Assembly (NCBI RefSeq): GCF_001194135.2
Contig: NC_068988.1
Coordinates: 13,535,459-13,599,458 of the forward strand
Direction of reading: 5' to 3'
From: Octopus bimaculoides
Taxonomy: Eukaryota
DNA: 64,000 nucleotides
The notes beneath the pieces were generated by a model. That model searched no databases, was not told where the DNA came from, and was given only the letters and a program-made list of their open reading frames with translations. Shown here piece after piece: positions 50,273 to 63,646 of the stretch (the stretch's first letter is position 1; every line of letters begins with the position of its first letter). The position numbers were made by a program, and so were the translations under genes.

Positions 50273-51879
50273 CTATATATATATATATACCTATATATAT
50301 ATANNNNNNNNNNNNNNNNNNNNNNNNNNNNNNNNNNNNNNNNNNNNNNNNNNNNNNNNNNNNNNNNNNNNNAATACAAATGTAAGATTGATTTATTTTC
50401 ATATAAATTCCTTTTATTAAGAATACCACACTCAAATTCCAAACAAGCTACTTTCAAATTATCAGCAGTTAGACTTGGTCAGTCAAACTTTCAACCAGCT
50501 TCCCAGGCTGCTAATGTCCAATACATTAGGCTAAACTGACATTTTTGAATAGTTAGTTGCTATAGGACTGTTTATTTTATATTTATTGATTTCTATGAAT
50601 AAAAGAGGTTTCTTTAGTAACTGTGGGGAACTATATATATATTTCCAACAACAGATTTAGTCATACATTTCTACACTATTAGTTTCAGACATGTTATGTT
50701 TCCTGTTTTTCTTTCAGTGGGAGTATAAAAAAAAAATATTTCTGTTCACTGTTTGTGAGTATTTTTCAGGTTTACCAGCTGGAAATGTAAGCTCAGCATA
50801 TTCTTTATATAAGCAGGACCACTATTACCAAATGAATCTGATTAAGAAATGATGTAGGGAAATTTTTTTTTAAAAATGAAGGAACAGTAAGGAGGCTTTA
50901 TAGTAAGATCTATTTACCAGGTCTGATTACCTAGGTTTATAAAGTATGCTACTTACATGTTGAGTGGGTGGTACAGGAATTCTCAAGTAGAAACCTTTCA
51001 GCTCTAAGTGCTCTGCAAATGGAGGTAACCCTCAGTGCATTTACAGACACAAAAAAAAAACTAAATAATTTGGAATGAAGGTTAAGATATTTTAAATAAA
51101 TATAACCAGTGATATGTTTGTTTTTTTTATTAGTTTTAGAAATATATGAATAAAGAAAGAGGATTATAAATAACCAACAGTTCAATTTTTTTGTTCCCCA
51201 TGGGAAAAAAAAAAAAAGTTCTTTAGACAAGCAACTACTAATTGTACTGAGTTTTTAAATAATTTTAATTAATCAAATTGTAAAATAACTTGCTTAATTT
51301 CAGAATTGGTGATTATTATCTAATTAGATCATTTCTAATTCTGGAATCAACGAAGTTATCTTAAACATTGTAAAATTTACATTGTTTACATATTAGCAAA
51401 ACTAATTGTAACATTGTGATTGTGGATAAAGTTATCTGAGTACTAACTAAATAAGTAAATTCTGTTTTACTGTAATAAGATAGTATACAATTATAATATT
51501 TCATATTAAGTTATCAAGGATATAGAATACAAACATACATATCTTTCAATATTAACTGGGCAGAAATAGATAAATAACTTTAAATGTTGTTATAAAGAAT
51601 GTTATTATTTTTTTCGTTAATTAAAACTTTAGTTTTAGATATTAAAACTTTAGAGAACTACTTACATGAGTTATTTCTGTTACAACTAAGATTAAATTAA
51701 AAGCTTGTGTATATTTTTTAAGTTGAAATTATACAGAAATAATTAAATAATAACAGCCATAATAGGAAAGCCCAGTTGGATTTTAATTATTTATTTTATC
51801 AGTTTAACAGGAAAGATGCTAACAGCATAATGAAAATCAGTGAAAAATGAGGATGTATAAAAGTATTAAGAGAGAGACG

Positions 51880-52560
51880 TTATAACACGTGTGCATTTTA
51901 TACTGGATTACATTTGCTATTTTTTAATGTTGTGTAGCTGCAACATTTTCAGTAGCAGATGATAGGATAGGGCTGGCAGATAGACGAAAGAAAAGAAGAA
52001 ATGCGGAAGTAAATGAAAGGCTACCAGAGCTGTTTGGTATTAGTAATAATAGGGTGTAGAAGGCAAGATATTTAACAAGGGATGATACTTCAGCTATGGG
52101 ATGAAAGGGAATATGAGCTTTTAAGTTGCTATTCAATGAGAGGATGCATTATAAAAATATGTTAATGAGAGCTACAAGCATGAACAAGCACTGAAATTTT
52201 TAGCATAAACATTATCACCAAACTGACTATTAACAAACGTACAAAAAAATTAATGTCTATAACCACACCTGTATTACATATATAAGAGAACTGTATAGAA
52301 GTATATAGCGGAAGTTAGAAATGGTTTTGTTTTCAATGGCATCGCAATAAACATATACCACGAGTACAATCCTAGTAAATGAGAATGCTGCTACAATTTA
52401 GTAGTGCCTGTCACATGGATCATCAGCATTGACTGTTGCAGCATCCAAGGCCATTAATGTGTCCCTGACTTGCACTATGTTTGGTCTGCTAAGCTAGACC
52501 ATATCTCTCTCTTTCTCACTCACTTACTCTCTCTATCTCCCACTGCTATCACTAGAGGGA
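51880..52560 (+). promoter_or_regulatory. Probable promoter / 5' region of the SLC10 gene
   Basis: Repeat-free and GC-richer than its flanks; E-box CACGTG (51886), two GCGGAAGT ETS-type motifs (52003, 52308), and a CT tract ending CTAG (52501-52555). TSS unknown. Confidence 0.4.
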
Positions 52561-52697
52561 TCAGCAGCAGCAGTAGTTAGTAGCTGGATAGCAGCAGTAG
52601 TTATAAGAGTTGCAGGCAGTGGGGGGTAAGTTTAGAGAAGCAAGAGGACAGGATAGAACTACAGCCGTATGGGCACTAGCAACGTGGTTTGTCAAGC

Positions 52698-53108
52698 ATG
52701 GACATGACAGCAACTTATGTCCCTAGGGCAGAGAGTATTAACCTCACCTCTGTGGAGTTACTTTTAGAGGTAGGTAGTGGTGGTGCAGGGGTGCTATCAC
52801 CAGCTGCTGCAGCAGCAGCTTCCATGGACAGAATGACAACTACCACTATCTTCAGTACGTCTGGGCTCCACTCATCTCAGGTACAAGCTATTTCTGTTGG
52901 TTCCCATAAAAATGTTCCTCACCTGGCATCTGTCATCAGGAAGTCACGAGTATCTGATGTTGTCTTTGATTATTCTATTGCTGCTGTTGGCATTATTATT
53001 ACCTTTGGACTTGGAGCCATGACTGATGTGGCTAGTCTTAAACATCAGTTAAAGTATCCTGTGCCTCTAGTAATTGGATTTATTGTACAGTTTTTGTTAA
53101 ACCCTTTG
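52698..53108 (+). CDS. SLC10: First coding exon of an SLC10 (sodium/bile-acid cotransporter family, SLC10A4/ASBT-like) gene
   Basis: In-frame TAG at 52677 upstream of ATG 52698; 137 codons ending IIITFGLGAMTDVASLKHQLKYPVPLVIGFIVQFLLNPL, matching the SLC10 TM1-TM2 pattern (GxG...D......P......QF...PL); phase-0 donor TTG|GTAAGT at 53108/53109. Subfamily not assignable. Confidence 0.9.
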
Positions 53109-53710
53109 GTAAGTGAGAGACTTATTACTTATAACATTATTCAAATCATATTCACTCCTTTATGTTACCTCCCTTCCACTCTCTCTTTCATTCCTGTTAA
53201 CTCACAAAATAAAATAAAAATAAAATAAAAATTATGCACATGTCTATTATTATTCAGCATTATATTCCATTCAAATGTCAACATATCTCAGAGAAACAAA
53301 TTTACAATGAGGTAAAACAAAGAAACCTGACACTGTAGCATTAAGGTGAAATAATTCTATGGAAGGAATAGTTCTAATCAAAAACAAAAGTGTATCAGAA
53401 TAGATTTATAAATCTATCTATTTATTTTACATATATACATATATATATATATATATATAGTATTTTGATAACATTCAAATACTGATATTATGTTTACATT
53501 TTTGTGATATAACCCAAAACCAGTTTGTTTGTTTGTTTGGAACTACATAATTAAACAAGACCTATTTTTTATACAATTAAATTATCTTTGTTATTAAACA
53601 AAAATTCAAATAAATATTTGAAATTATATAATCTCTTCCTTATCTATACATCTCAACAGGCTATTTTATTTTAGGGTGTACTATTTACAATTTTTAGAAC
53701 TTAATGTTAT

Positions 53711-53752
<42 letters not shown>

Positions 53753-53804
53753 TATATATTATCACTGTTACTATAATAATAACAACAACAAAAACAACAA
53801 TTCT

Positions 53805-54015
53805 TGCTGTGATAGGCACAAGCCTGAAATTTGGTGGGAGGGGGCTAGCTGATTACATCAATCCCAGTGTATAACTGGTACTTATTTTATCGACCTCAAA
53901 AGGATGAAAGATAAAGTCGACCTCAGCGGAATTTGAACACAGAATGTAAAAATGGATGAAATGTCGTTAAGCATTTTGCCCAGTGTGCTAATTTTTCTGC
54001 TAGCTTGCTGCCTTA
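53805..54015 (-). mobile_element. Full-length SINE A in SLC10 intron 1
   Basis: GGCACAAGCCTGAAATT...CTGGTACTTATTTTATCGACC...GGATGAAAG...GTCGACCTCAGCGGAATTTGAAC...AAGCATTTTGCCC...GCCTTA; flanked by (AAT)/(AAC) runs. Confidence 0.9.
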
Positions 54016-54648
54016 TAATAATAATAATAATTTTGGCACTAACAATAATAACAACAACAATAACAACACATTTTTATTGTAATAAACACTTTAAATGATA
54101 TGTAATTTGAAAAGTTTTATAAAGTTAGGTTACTTGGCATTTTCTCAAAATTTGTAAGTAATTTTCTAGCAAGTATTTCAGAATGAAAAAAAAAAGTCTC
54201 CTAAATTTAAGATGCCTCAGTTTCCATAATTAAACTGATAATAGGTATTAAATTATAAATATATTCTTCATCAACTGTGCTTTGTCATGTAACAAAGTAC
54301 ATTGGAATATATTTACGTAAGACTATCAGAAAGTGTCATTTTAAGTTACACTGAAAAACCTCTAACATAAATGATTATAATAAAATCCATTTTGAGTAAT
54401 AATATTAATAACAACCCAATTCCTGAACACTTAATAATCATAACACTCACAACTTAGGTTTACATCTTGCAATGTCAAGCAACTTCGGTGTGTGTGCATG
54501 AGTGTCTATGCGTGTGTGCACACACGTGTGTGTGTGACTGTGTGAAGACTGAAAAATGTTTGTTTACAAATGAAGGAAAAAATATTTAGGGTGTAAAGTA
54601 GAATGTTTATATTTTATTACAAGCTGAGGTTTCTTAAACCACACACAC

Positions 54649-54691
<43 letters not shown>

Positions 54692-54769
54692 ATATATATA
54701 TACATTTATATAATCATATATGCATGCTATCTATCAGTAGTGTCCATATCTATCCACATAGTTATCTAA

Positions 54770-56170
54770 TAGCCACCCTCTATACTTTTGTTAGGATATA
54801 GATGTCTATAGCATTGAAAGATTGCTATATAGTATTCTCACCTATTCTAATAGTATAGGTGAGTCCGATCATGTTTTCTTTAACTTTCAGGTAGTTGTGA
54901 GTATGGAATCTGCTTGGTCAGTTTTCAGATAACATTTGGGTAACATACCCTGCCAATGTTGTATATTCCAGCTGGGAATCATCCATACTCAGTAATTCTG
55001 TTCTTCCTAGTATCTGACTGTTGGTAAACATGTCTCTCTAAGAGACTTTCATGATTGAACACAAATGCTTCATGATGAAGACAAAGTTCTTTCACCTGAC
55101 TCTTGTACAATGTCCAAGTTTTGGTACCATACAAAAGAGCGAACAGGAAGATTGTCTGCAGACCTTGCATTTGATTTTGATAAAAATATGATGATTGTTC
55201 CATAACCAAAGATGCATTAGCCCAAATGTCTTTACTATCTTCTTTTGCAGCTCAATATCGATATGGACTGTCTTTCAGTAATGTACCGCCAAAATACAAA
55301 AAGTCTTGTACACTTTTAAAGATTAATGCCATCATCTTATACTTCTATTGTGTGTTGACTGGAATAGCACTTCTGTTTTTTATAGGTTTTTTTATGCAGT
55401 GGAGAATGCATCCATGATCTCTATGTGCTGTAGCATATGCATGAGTAGTGCACTGTCATCTGCATACAGTAGTTCTCTTACAAGGATCGGGGTTGTTTTT
55501 TTTTCCTCTAAAATGGGCAACATTGAAAAGGTACTGTATATTAACTGCATCCTCAAGATTGATGAGGCATCCTCCAGCATTACTATCAGACAGGTTGAGA
55601 GTCTAGGTACCAATACATATTTCAGTTTAATACAGTTTGTTACAGCAAATGTATCTTAAGTCTTCTGCATGCTGACTCTGGTCATCATTCCAGTGTGCAA
55701 AGCTTTCATTATGAATGTGAATTACTCAAAACAAACCTATTTCCAAAGTGGCTACCAGAAAGCAGACCTACCAAGAATATAAAATGCTTTGCTGTATCAA
55801 CAAATTCCATATACAGAGACCAGTTTGTCCTTGAGCATTTGCTAAACAAGAGTTTATCCTTACTAATTTCTCTGTTGTTGGTATCTCATTGAGAATTGAA
55901 CTGACAGCACTGGTGGATTTGGCTACAGGATCTTTGTTACAAGGTGAACCAAGCTGTCACTCATCTCAATACACTCCTAGTTTCTGGGAGCCATTTCTCT
56001 TTTATTAACCAATTCAAGACAACATGACACTTCTTCTGTGGTTCCCAAACTTCTTTGAGTTCTTTATAAAAGCTCTCCATGTCATTCCAATCGGTAGGCC
56101 ATAATTTCAACCTCAATGTTGTCTGTTTTTGTAACAGTTTACAATTATTTCTGTAAGCTGTCATAGTTGA
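54770..56170 (-). mobile_element. Decayed BovB-like RTE LINE in intron 1
   Basis: LVRELLYADDSAL (RT motif), ALLYGTKTWTLYKSQVK, KQIPYSQLPE and linker NDMESFYKELKEVW; stops, frameshifts and deletions present. Confidence 0.85.
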
Positions 56171-56764
56171 CCTAGTGCTTTCAGTTTATATCAGTCGTTT
56201 GTGAGTGTAACAACATTTTCAATTCAAGATGATTAGGATCATTGTTAATCTGTAAAAGTTTAAGTAACCAAACAGATAATCTATTTGAACTAATTGATCT
56301 CAATCAGATAAAATATGTCAGCTGACTTAAATGCTAATTTCTATTAAACTGAAAATGTGTTACTGATATTCTAAATACCCATAACATTACAAATACCTTA
56401 AGCATACCAGTTAATAATGGTTTTAAAGAGGGAAACTTAAAATATCCATTTTTAGAAAGTGACATTATCAATATAGTTTTTAACGATAAAAAGAAAATAA
56501 TTATAAAATGTTTGAATATAAAAAAAAGTGATAGATGTTAATTATGATAAAAAATGTGGATCAGATCAGATAAAAAAATAGTGTCAAATTATCAAGCTAA
56601 AAACACAAATACATTATCAACAATTGAGCAAGAAAAGTGCTTACAAGAAAACCAAATTTAAGAACCACATAACACTTTTATTTTCAAATGCAAATAAGCA
56701 CTTTCTGAAAGTCCTTATATGCATTTGAAAACAAAAGAATGCTTTCTTCCTCAATTATCACCAT

Positions 56765-57175
56765 TATCGTCATCATTTAACATCCACTTTTCCATGCTTG
56801 CATAGATCAGACGGAATTTGTTTAGGCAGATTTTGTACGGCTGGCTGCTCTTCATGTTGCCAACCCTCACCTGTTTCCAAGCAAGGTAATATTTCCTGAT
56901 GGTCAGACATGTTTTTCATGGAAGATTGGAAACAAACAATGTTGCTTGTATGATGGTATGTTTGTTTACAATCATCACATGATGTCAAAAACAAGGGTAC
57001 ACACAAACACACACATTCAGGACAAGCTTCTTTCAGTTTCTATCAACTGAATCTACTCACAAGGCTTCGGTTGGCCTGGGGCTACGGTAGAAGACACTTG
57101 TCCAAGGTACCATGCAGTGGAACTGAACCGAGAGCATATGGTTGGAAAGCAAAGCTTCTCAACCACACATCACTC
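56765..57175 (-). mobile_element. Full-length SINE B with tail Y in intron 1
   Basis: Head (GCTTCTCAACCACAC, GGAACTGAACC), CORE-like AGAAGACACTTGTCCAAGGTACC, CA spacer, tail CATCATTTAACATCCACTTTTCCATGCTTGCAT. Confidence 0.9.
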
Positions 57176-58574
57176 TTCCTTAGTGTTAAGAATTAAAATG
57201 AAATACACTGGAAGCATTCAGATATATTCCTGTAATGTCTTAATCTGATTTAGAAATAATCATTTTAATGCTTACTACACCCAAACCACACCATACAGCT
57301 GTAAGCCGTGATCAAATTTTAAAATATTTAAATGACTATTTACTAAAAGATTATTCTTGTTTTAAGCTTTGTTTTAGATAGAGAACATGTAGTCAATGTA
57401 ATCACCTAACAAATTTTGTTTAGTCCTCCACTCTCTCAAATTTCTTCATTTAATTATTTTCAATGATGATTTGCTTTAATTACCTCATGTTTCATTGATG
57501 TGCATCTGTTAAAAGTGCAATGACTAATAGCTAAACATAAAAATGTTATATTACAGAATCCTGATCTTGAAATGTTCTGATGTGTAATCACTTGTATTAG
57601 AACGTTTTACAATTTCACAATTATTTAGAATTAACCCAGAACCTTTATAATTTAATGGATATGAGGCATAATTAATATATATTAACATTTACAAACACAC
57701 AACAGCTAGGGATGCGCTCACTGATGTGTAACCAATACATTTAACTCAAATATTACAAAATATTATGCTAATATTATCATATTCTATTTAACATATTTAA
57801 TCTTTTATCAATAATTGTACATTTTACTACACACACGCACACAAATATAGTATAATCACACAAAAGGGATGTAACAAAAAGAAAAAAATATTGTAATATT
57901 ATATTGTAATTGTATAACTTTATTTTTCAATTGATGAATATTTCAGATGATGTTTAATGTTTGCAGCAGTCCTATGTTTTGAGCTAAACATGAAATTTGA
58001 ACCTCTTTGAAGAAAAAGAGTTGGAGAAAACAAGTTTCATATTTTCTACTAATTATGACACCAATTTAGTTCTGATTGCTTATTGATTGAAACCATTTTC
58101 TGTCAATGACAATCTTATATGAATATAATCATGGCCATGGGAGCTTGAAAGCTCTAATTGATCAGATCCACAAACGAGAAGAAAATATATATTCCATTTT
58201 GATATAATACAGAACAGTGTTTAGATTTCATATCTGATACAAAAATAATTATGACCACTGAAACTTTAATCCTCTTGGTAAATCTAATTTTATCTTGCAT
58301 ATAATTAATAATCTTGCTAACTTGATTAGGAATATCTTGATTAACACCACAAAATAATTAGGTTACTTGTAAGGTATCTTAATGGAGCAGCCAAGTTAAA
58401 CAATATTTTAAAGGTAGTGTATTAAACTGGGAACTAATGTAAGTTTGAGCAAGACAAGTTATTCACTTAGAACTCCAATATCACATTTCAGTGAAAACTT
58501 AGAAGTAGTTTGGTGGTATGCCATTGTCACTTTACATCTTATTAGGGCTAAGTCCTTTCATGATTAAGTTCTTG

Positions 58575-58740
58575 TCAAGATTTAGTCATAAGTCAGCCCT
58601 GATTGAGTAAAAGCTATGATCTAGGTAGGCTTTCCTACTCTTACCATCCCGTCTTTCCATTTTTAAGACTGTAGAGTGTTATATGAGGGTCATTTGACCA
58701 CTATCTCTATCAGGTCAAATGACTTCATAGAGGTTGTTTT
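58575..58740. mobile_element. Copy of another abundant short octopus-type repeat
   Basis: GTCAGCCCTGATTGAG...CTATGATC...ACCATCCCGTCTTT...TTAAGAC.GTAG.GTG resembles a repeat I recall; no second full copy in the window. Confidence 0.4.
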
Positions 58741-61249
58741 AAACACACACACAAATAAATACATAGGTGTTACACAAGGTAGAGAAAATAGTATTTGAAT
58801 ACCGAAGGAGAGTAATCACTGCTGTTTGATGAACGTTCATGTGAAGCACTGAGTAACAGTTTGTGAAGTTCATTTTGGTTTTAATAAAATAATATACAAT
58901 TACAATGATTAAGTAGATGCAGTACTGTGGCTGTCTCTTTTGCAAGTTCATATTCCTCAAAACCTGTTTAAGAGTTTGTCCCTAACAAAACATAAGGTCC
59001 TTAATGTGAAAACAATCTCTTAAACATGCTTGAGAAAACAGAAAGTTATTGGGATTTATCACAAATATATCTTAACAGTAGTTGTCATGACGTTAAAACA
59101 AGGACAGTTTACAACACAAAATTGTTGATGTAGGTTCTTTGAGAAACTGGAGTGAATGAATTGCTGTTATCATAGGCAACACCAAGTTTCAACATTTCTT
59201 ATATGCTGACTTATCTGTAGCTGGTAAGAAACAAATTTACAACAAATTTCTTTAAAAGAACAAAAGCAAACTAATGAACATGCAAACATACATAGATCTT
59301 TAATTAGCTTTATCTTAGTTTAGGATACCATATAGAACTAGTCAAGAATCTTTGTTTTCTCAGGCAACAAATTTCTGTGAAGAGCATTTATGTTTAATAT
59401 AAGGTGGTGGCAGAAGCAGCAGTGGTGGTGGTTGTGATGTGGATGATGATGAGAATTATCTCAGCTGCTATATTGTCAAACAAAAAGCATTAAGAGATGA
59501 TGTTTCTTAAAGATATTTTGTTAATATGCTCAAAAATGAATCCTTTAAGAAGCTGAAACATTTTAGATTAACAGGATTTTAAAAGTTGTAATATTTATAT
59601 TACAACTTTCCTGTTTGTGTTATATACTATATCCATTGAATTACACAAAGAATGCGCATAAGAACTTCTTAACACATTGTAATCAAGACTTAACCAATGA
59701 TAATACTCAGAGAATCCTTTTATCACAAACATCACTTGAACAGTGAGAAGCAAACATGATGCTTGTTTGTATAACATGTCTCTTCAGTTCTTTCTGTAGT
59801 CTATTATGGAGTCACATTTGACCTTTTCTTTGATCTCAGAAGTATATCTATTGTTATAAACACACAAGTGAAAAGTAAATTAAGATGCAGATCAAGGTGT
59901 AGAAAATCCTTAAGCATACAAAAAAGAATAAACCAATAATATGGATAACATCATCAGATAAAATATACCAAAATAATTGCTGGGATTTTTCTTACAGTGC
60001 ACATATTGCAAGTAAGCTATTTTTAACACCGCCACTATCAAGCTTTAAAGAGGAAAGGTTTACAAAACACTTTAGCTCTACTTAGCTATATCATAATTGC
60101 TTTGATATGAGAACCAGAGAATCAATTAGATATACATTTAAAGGTTTCCAAATTTAATCACATATTTCCAGATACATTATGAATAGCCAATATTAGAAAC
60201 AAAATGATTTCTTGCATTTAACGCAAATAATATTTTGAATATTAGTTGTTAATATTATGGTGATGATGAACATGTGAATTAAAATCAATATTTTTAAATT
60301 TTAGGTGTCAAATTGTGAATTTATGACAATAAAATAGTTTTGGTACAGTAATTTCTAGGTAGGTTGGTCTCTAGTCTCAAAATTTTCATTCACAATGACA
60401 TTGCAGTAACTATATTATGCTTTAAGCCTTGTGCATTTTGTTTTCTATTTTACTCAAATAAAACAAAAAAGAAGAAATAAAAACTAGATAGCTATTGCAG
60501 TACCTACTGCCTGTACATTTTAATAGATTTGTAAATCCAGCAGTATTTACTGCATTCAACACCTGATTGTTTATTTTATTATTATTGCTATTTATATTAA
60601 TTTTTGTTTCTTAAAGACATTTAAAAGTCAGTTACTCAAGAAATTATTAAGTTTCAAATCCGGATCCTTTGTTCTCATTTATTAATTAATGCTGTACAAT
60701 TAAACATAATATGCAATCATTCTTGGGCTAATATATTATCTGACTCTATAGTCTAAACTTAATTCGACTCAACACTTAATTCGATTTTTAATTGTTGGAG
60801 TATTGGTTTCATTGCTTTAATTTTAGTGACCTGATGGCAAATAATAATTGCAAAAGATTTCATATATGATTTGGCTTAGGCTAGAATGATATTAAGAGCA
60901 AATAAATATGTCTTTTTCCATGTGTGTAAAACAGACAGGCACATTAAACAAATAGAAAGATAGTGAGAGAGATGTGAAAAACAGACAAGGAAACAGAAAA
61001 ATGTATTGGAGAGTTATGTATCACTTAACTTCCTCAGAGTTGGTTTGCCTACTTAGAAAAGCATTTTGTGTTCTTCAGTCTAGCAACACCAGGACATAAA
61101 TGTACCTGCTAGCTATAGTTATCATAATACTTATCTTTTTTTTTCTTTTTAGTTGAACCCTTAAAATGGACATTGTAAGTAGAAGGTCTATGAAGGTAGA
61201 AGAAAAATAATACAAGTATGACCCATTGGATATGTAATGCTATAGTGCA

Positions 61250-61677
61250 TGAAATGCAAAGCACAAGTGCACCAAGAGAGCAGCTAGGCATTAAAGACAT
61301 TGTCTAATGTATGTATTGTAAAAGTCAACTGTATTGGGTGGACATGTGAAACAAATAGATAATGATTGTTGGGTGAAAACGTGTGTGTGTGAGAAAGAGA
61401 AATAGCTGAAGGAATTCAGAGGAAAATTGTATAGGACATAGAAAGGAGTGGTCAGTTATCAGGATACTCAGCCTCACAGATAGGATGATGCAGCATTCAG
61501 ATGAGTGATGATATGTTGTACAGCACAGAAATCAATCCCATGCAGCATGAAAATTATGAAGAACACATGGGCTATAATTTATGGAGCCCGGTGCAGCTCT
61601 CTGGTTTATCATCTCCAGTCAAACCATCTAACCCATGCCAGCATGGAAAACAGATGTTAAATGATGATGATGAAGTT
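61250..61677 (+). mobile_element. Decayed RTE 3' fragment with (GAT)n tail
   Basis: QSTSAPREQLGIKDI aligns with QSVSILREKLNIRSI of the 26179 copy; ends AACCCATGCCAGCATGGAAAACAGATGTTAAATGATGATGATG. Confidence 0.75.
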
Positions 61678-63605
61678 ATAGGGATGTTGAATTTTGAAAT
61701 TATAATAATAAATCATATTTGGTACATCATTTTTTAGGTAGGTAAAATATACAATTGGTGTCTAGTCTTAATAATGTTCATGTAAAGAATTGATCATATG
61801 AAAGCAATACCTAGTTCAGGAATATAAAACCTCACCATCAAATATGTTTTACAATAATTCTTAAATGAGTGAATGTTAATGACATGAAATCTATTTTCCC
61901 CATCAATCTATTTAATTAGAGAAAACATTTCAAGTAAAAGTAAAGAATTAATTCCTTGATGTTTGCTTATTTATAAACACAGTATATAGCTATTTGGTTT
62001 ATCAGTAATTACAGACTGCTAGTATTCTTTTAACCAGTAATCTAATATCTGCAACATTGATTTATCTAACAAATCTCTATGCCGTATTTCATAAATATAA
62101 AATGACTCCTTAAGCCAGAGTGAAGATAATTTGGGGAAAATGGTTTTGAATAATAGGGTTTATTAAATTAACAAGGCTTCTCTTTTCACAGATTGGAGAA
62201 AACAAGGGCATCTACTGATAAATATTTGATTCAAATGGTTATGAAATAAAAGTAAAAAAAGATATTTCATACAGCAAAATTTTGTCAAAATATATATCAG
62301 GTTAATACAGAATAAAACAAATTCTAGTTTTATACTTTAGCTAAAGATTCTGGTTCTACATCATATTTTTCATCTATAAAATATGATTAATTGGAATCTA
62401 ACAAAATAAGTGAAACTAAAACTTACTATACATATAATCAGAAAGATTGATGGTAGTTGAAATTTAATGTTCACAAGAGCAGAAAAGTCTTAATTTGATA
62501 TCAAATTCATACACTACATTTCAGTCCACTTCAGGGATAATATTTTTACATTCCTTTGAGCAATTATTGACCTTACTGTTGTAATTTACAGGGCAGAGTT
62601 ACACAGAACAACTTTCAATAAATTAGGATCACTCATGCAAATGAAAGGATAAAATTCTCAGATAATGCAGCAGATATTTGTGCCTTACAAATAAGTTGTC
62701 TGGGTCAGCAGTTCTTAGACTGACAGATACCAAGACCCACCCATCAAAATACTGAAATTCTTAAATATTAGAATTTTTTGATTCTATCCTTTCTTTAAGG
62801 AGAGGACAAAATAGAATTTGCATCCATATAATTCTTCTTTCTTTTGCCAAGGTATTGGGCAAATTTGAAAAGTTGGAAACCATCTTAAAATGGTGGTCTG
62901 TTTGCCCCTTTTAAATCCTCACAAGCCTTCTCCAATTGGAAACATTAGTTTAGATGACATTGTTTAGCATTTCAATAGCCCTATTGGTGCAGAAGGGTTT
63001 TGGCTGTTATAAACACCTGATTATGCTCTCCTGAGGAAAACAGATATTTTAATTTAGGCTGTTGGCATATATAGAAATTTCAATTTTTTGTGCTTTATAT
63101 GGGTATTAAGCCTAAATATGCTTACTGGAGCCTGGTAAAACGTACTTGTGTTAATACAATGGATAATAAAAAGGTAGATGACATCTACCTCTTCTCCACT
63201 GGCTCTTTCCCAGGCTCATAAGTATAAACAGCTTCTATTTTCTTCTTGGCATAGCTCTAATATGTAAGCAGTTCTCAAAGCCAATGAAGGAACTAAAACA
63301 AATATACTTGACTATTTTGTTAAAAATATCAACAATTTTGTTTAAAAATATTTCAATAATTACCCTTCATCTTCTAGGAAAAAAAAAAAGAAAGATTAAA
63401 AGCTATAAGTGAATAAATATTGGAAAAAGAAAAAAAGGAATTATAAAGAAACTGGTGAAAATTGTTTTATTCGAAAGGAATTTAATAAAGCTTGTAAATT
63501 ATGAAAAGACAAAATATATCCCAATCTAAACAATTAGTATGTGATAAGATGAAGAAAGATACGAAACAAATTAAAACAAAAATAATAAAGGAAGAGTATT
63601 TATGA

Positions 63606-63646
<41 letters not shown>

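Noticed and set aside
53109-53228. C-terminal 40 aa of ORF 52689-53228
   Set aside because: Read-through past the GTAAGT donor into AT-rich intron; SLC10 similarity stops at NPL.
62570-63330. GC-richer segment with faint L1- or CACTA-like peptide bits on the minus strand (PKLKYLF, HFK...NF.N..TLA)
   Set aside because: Stops in all frames and conflicting assignments; needs a tblastx/HMM search.
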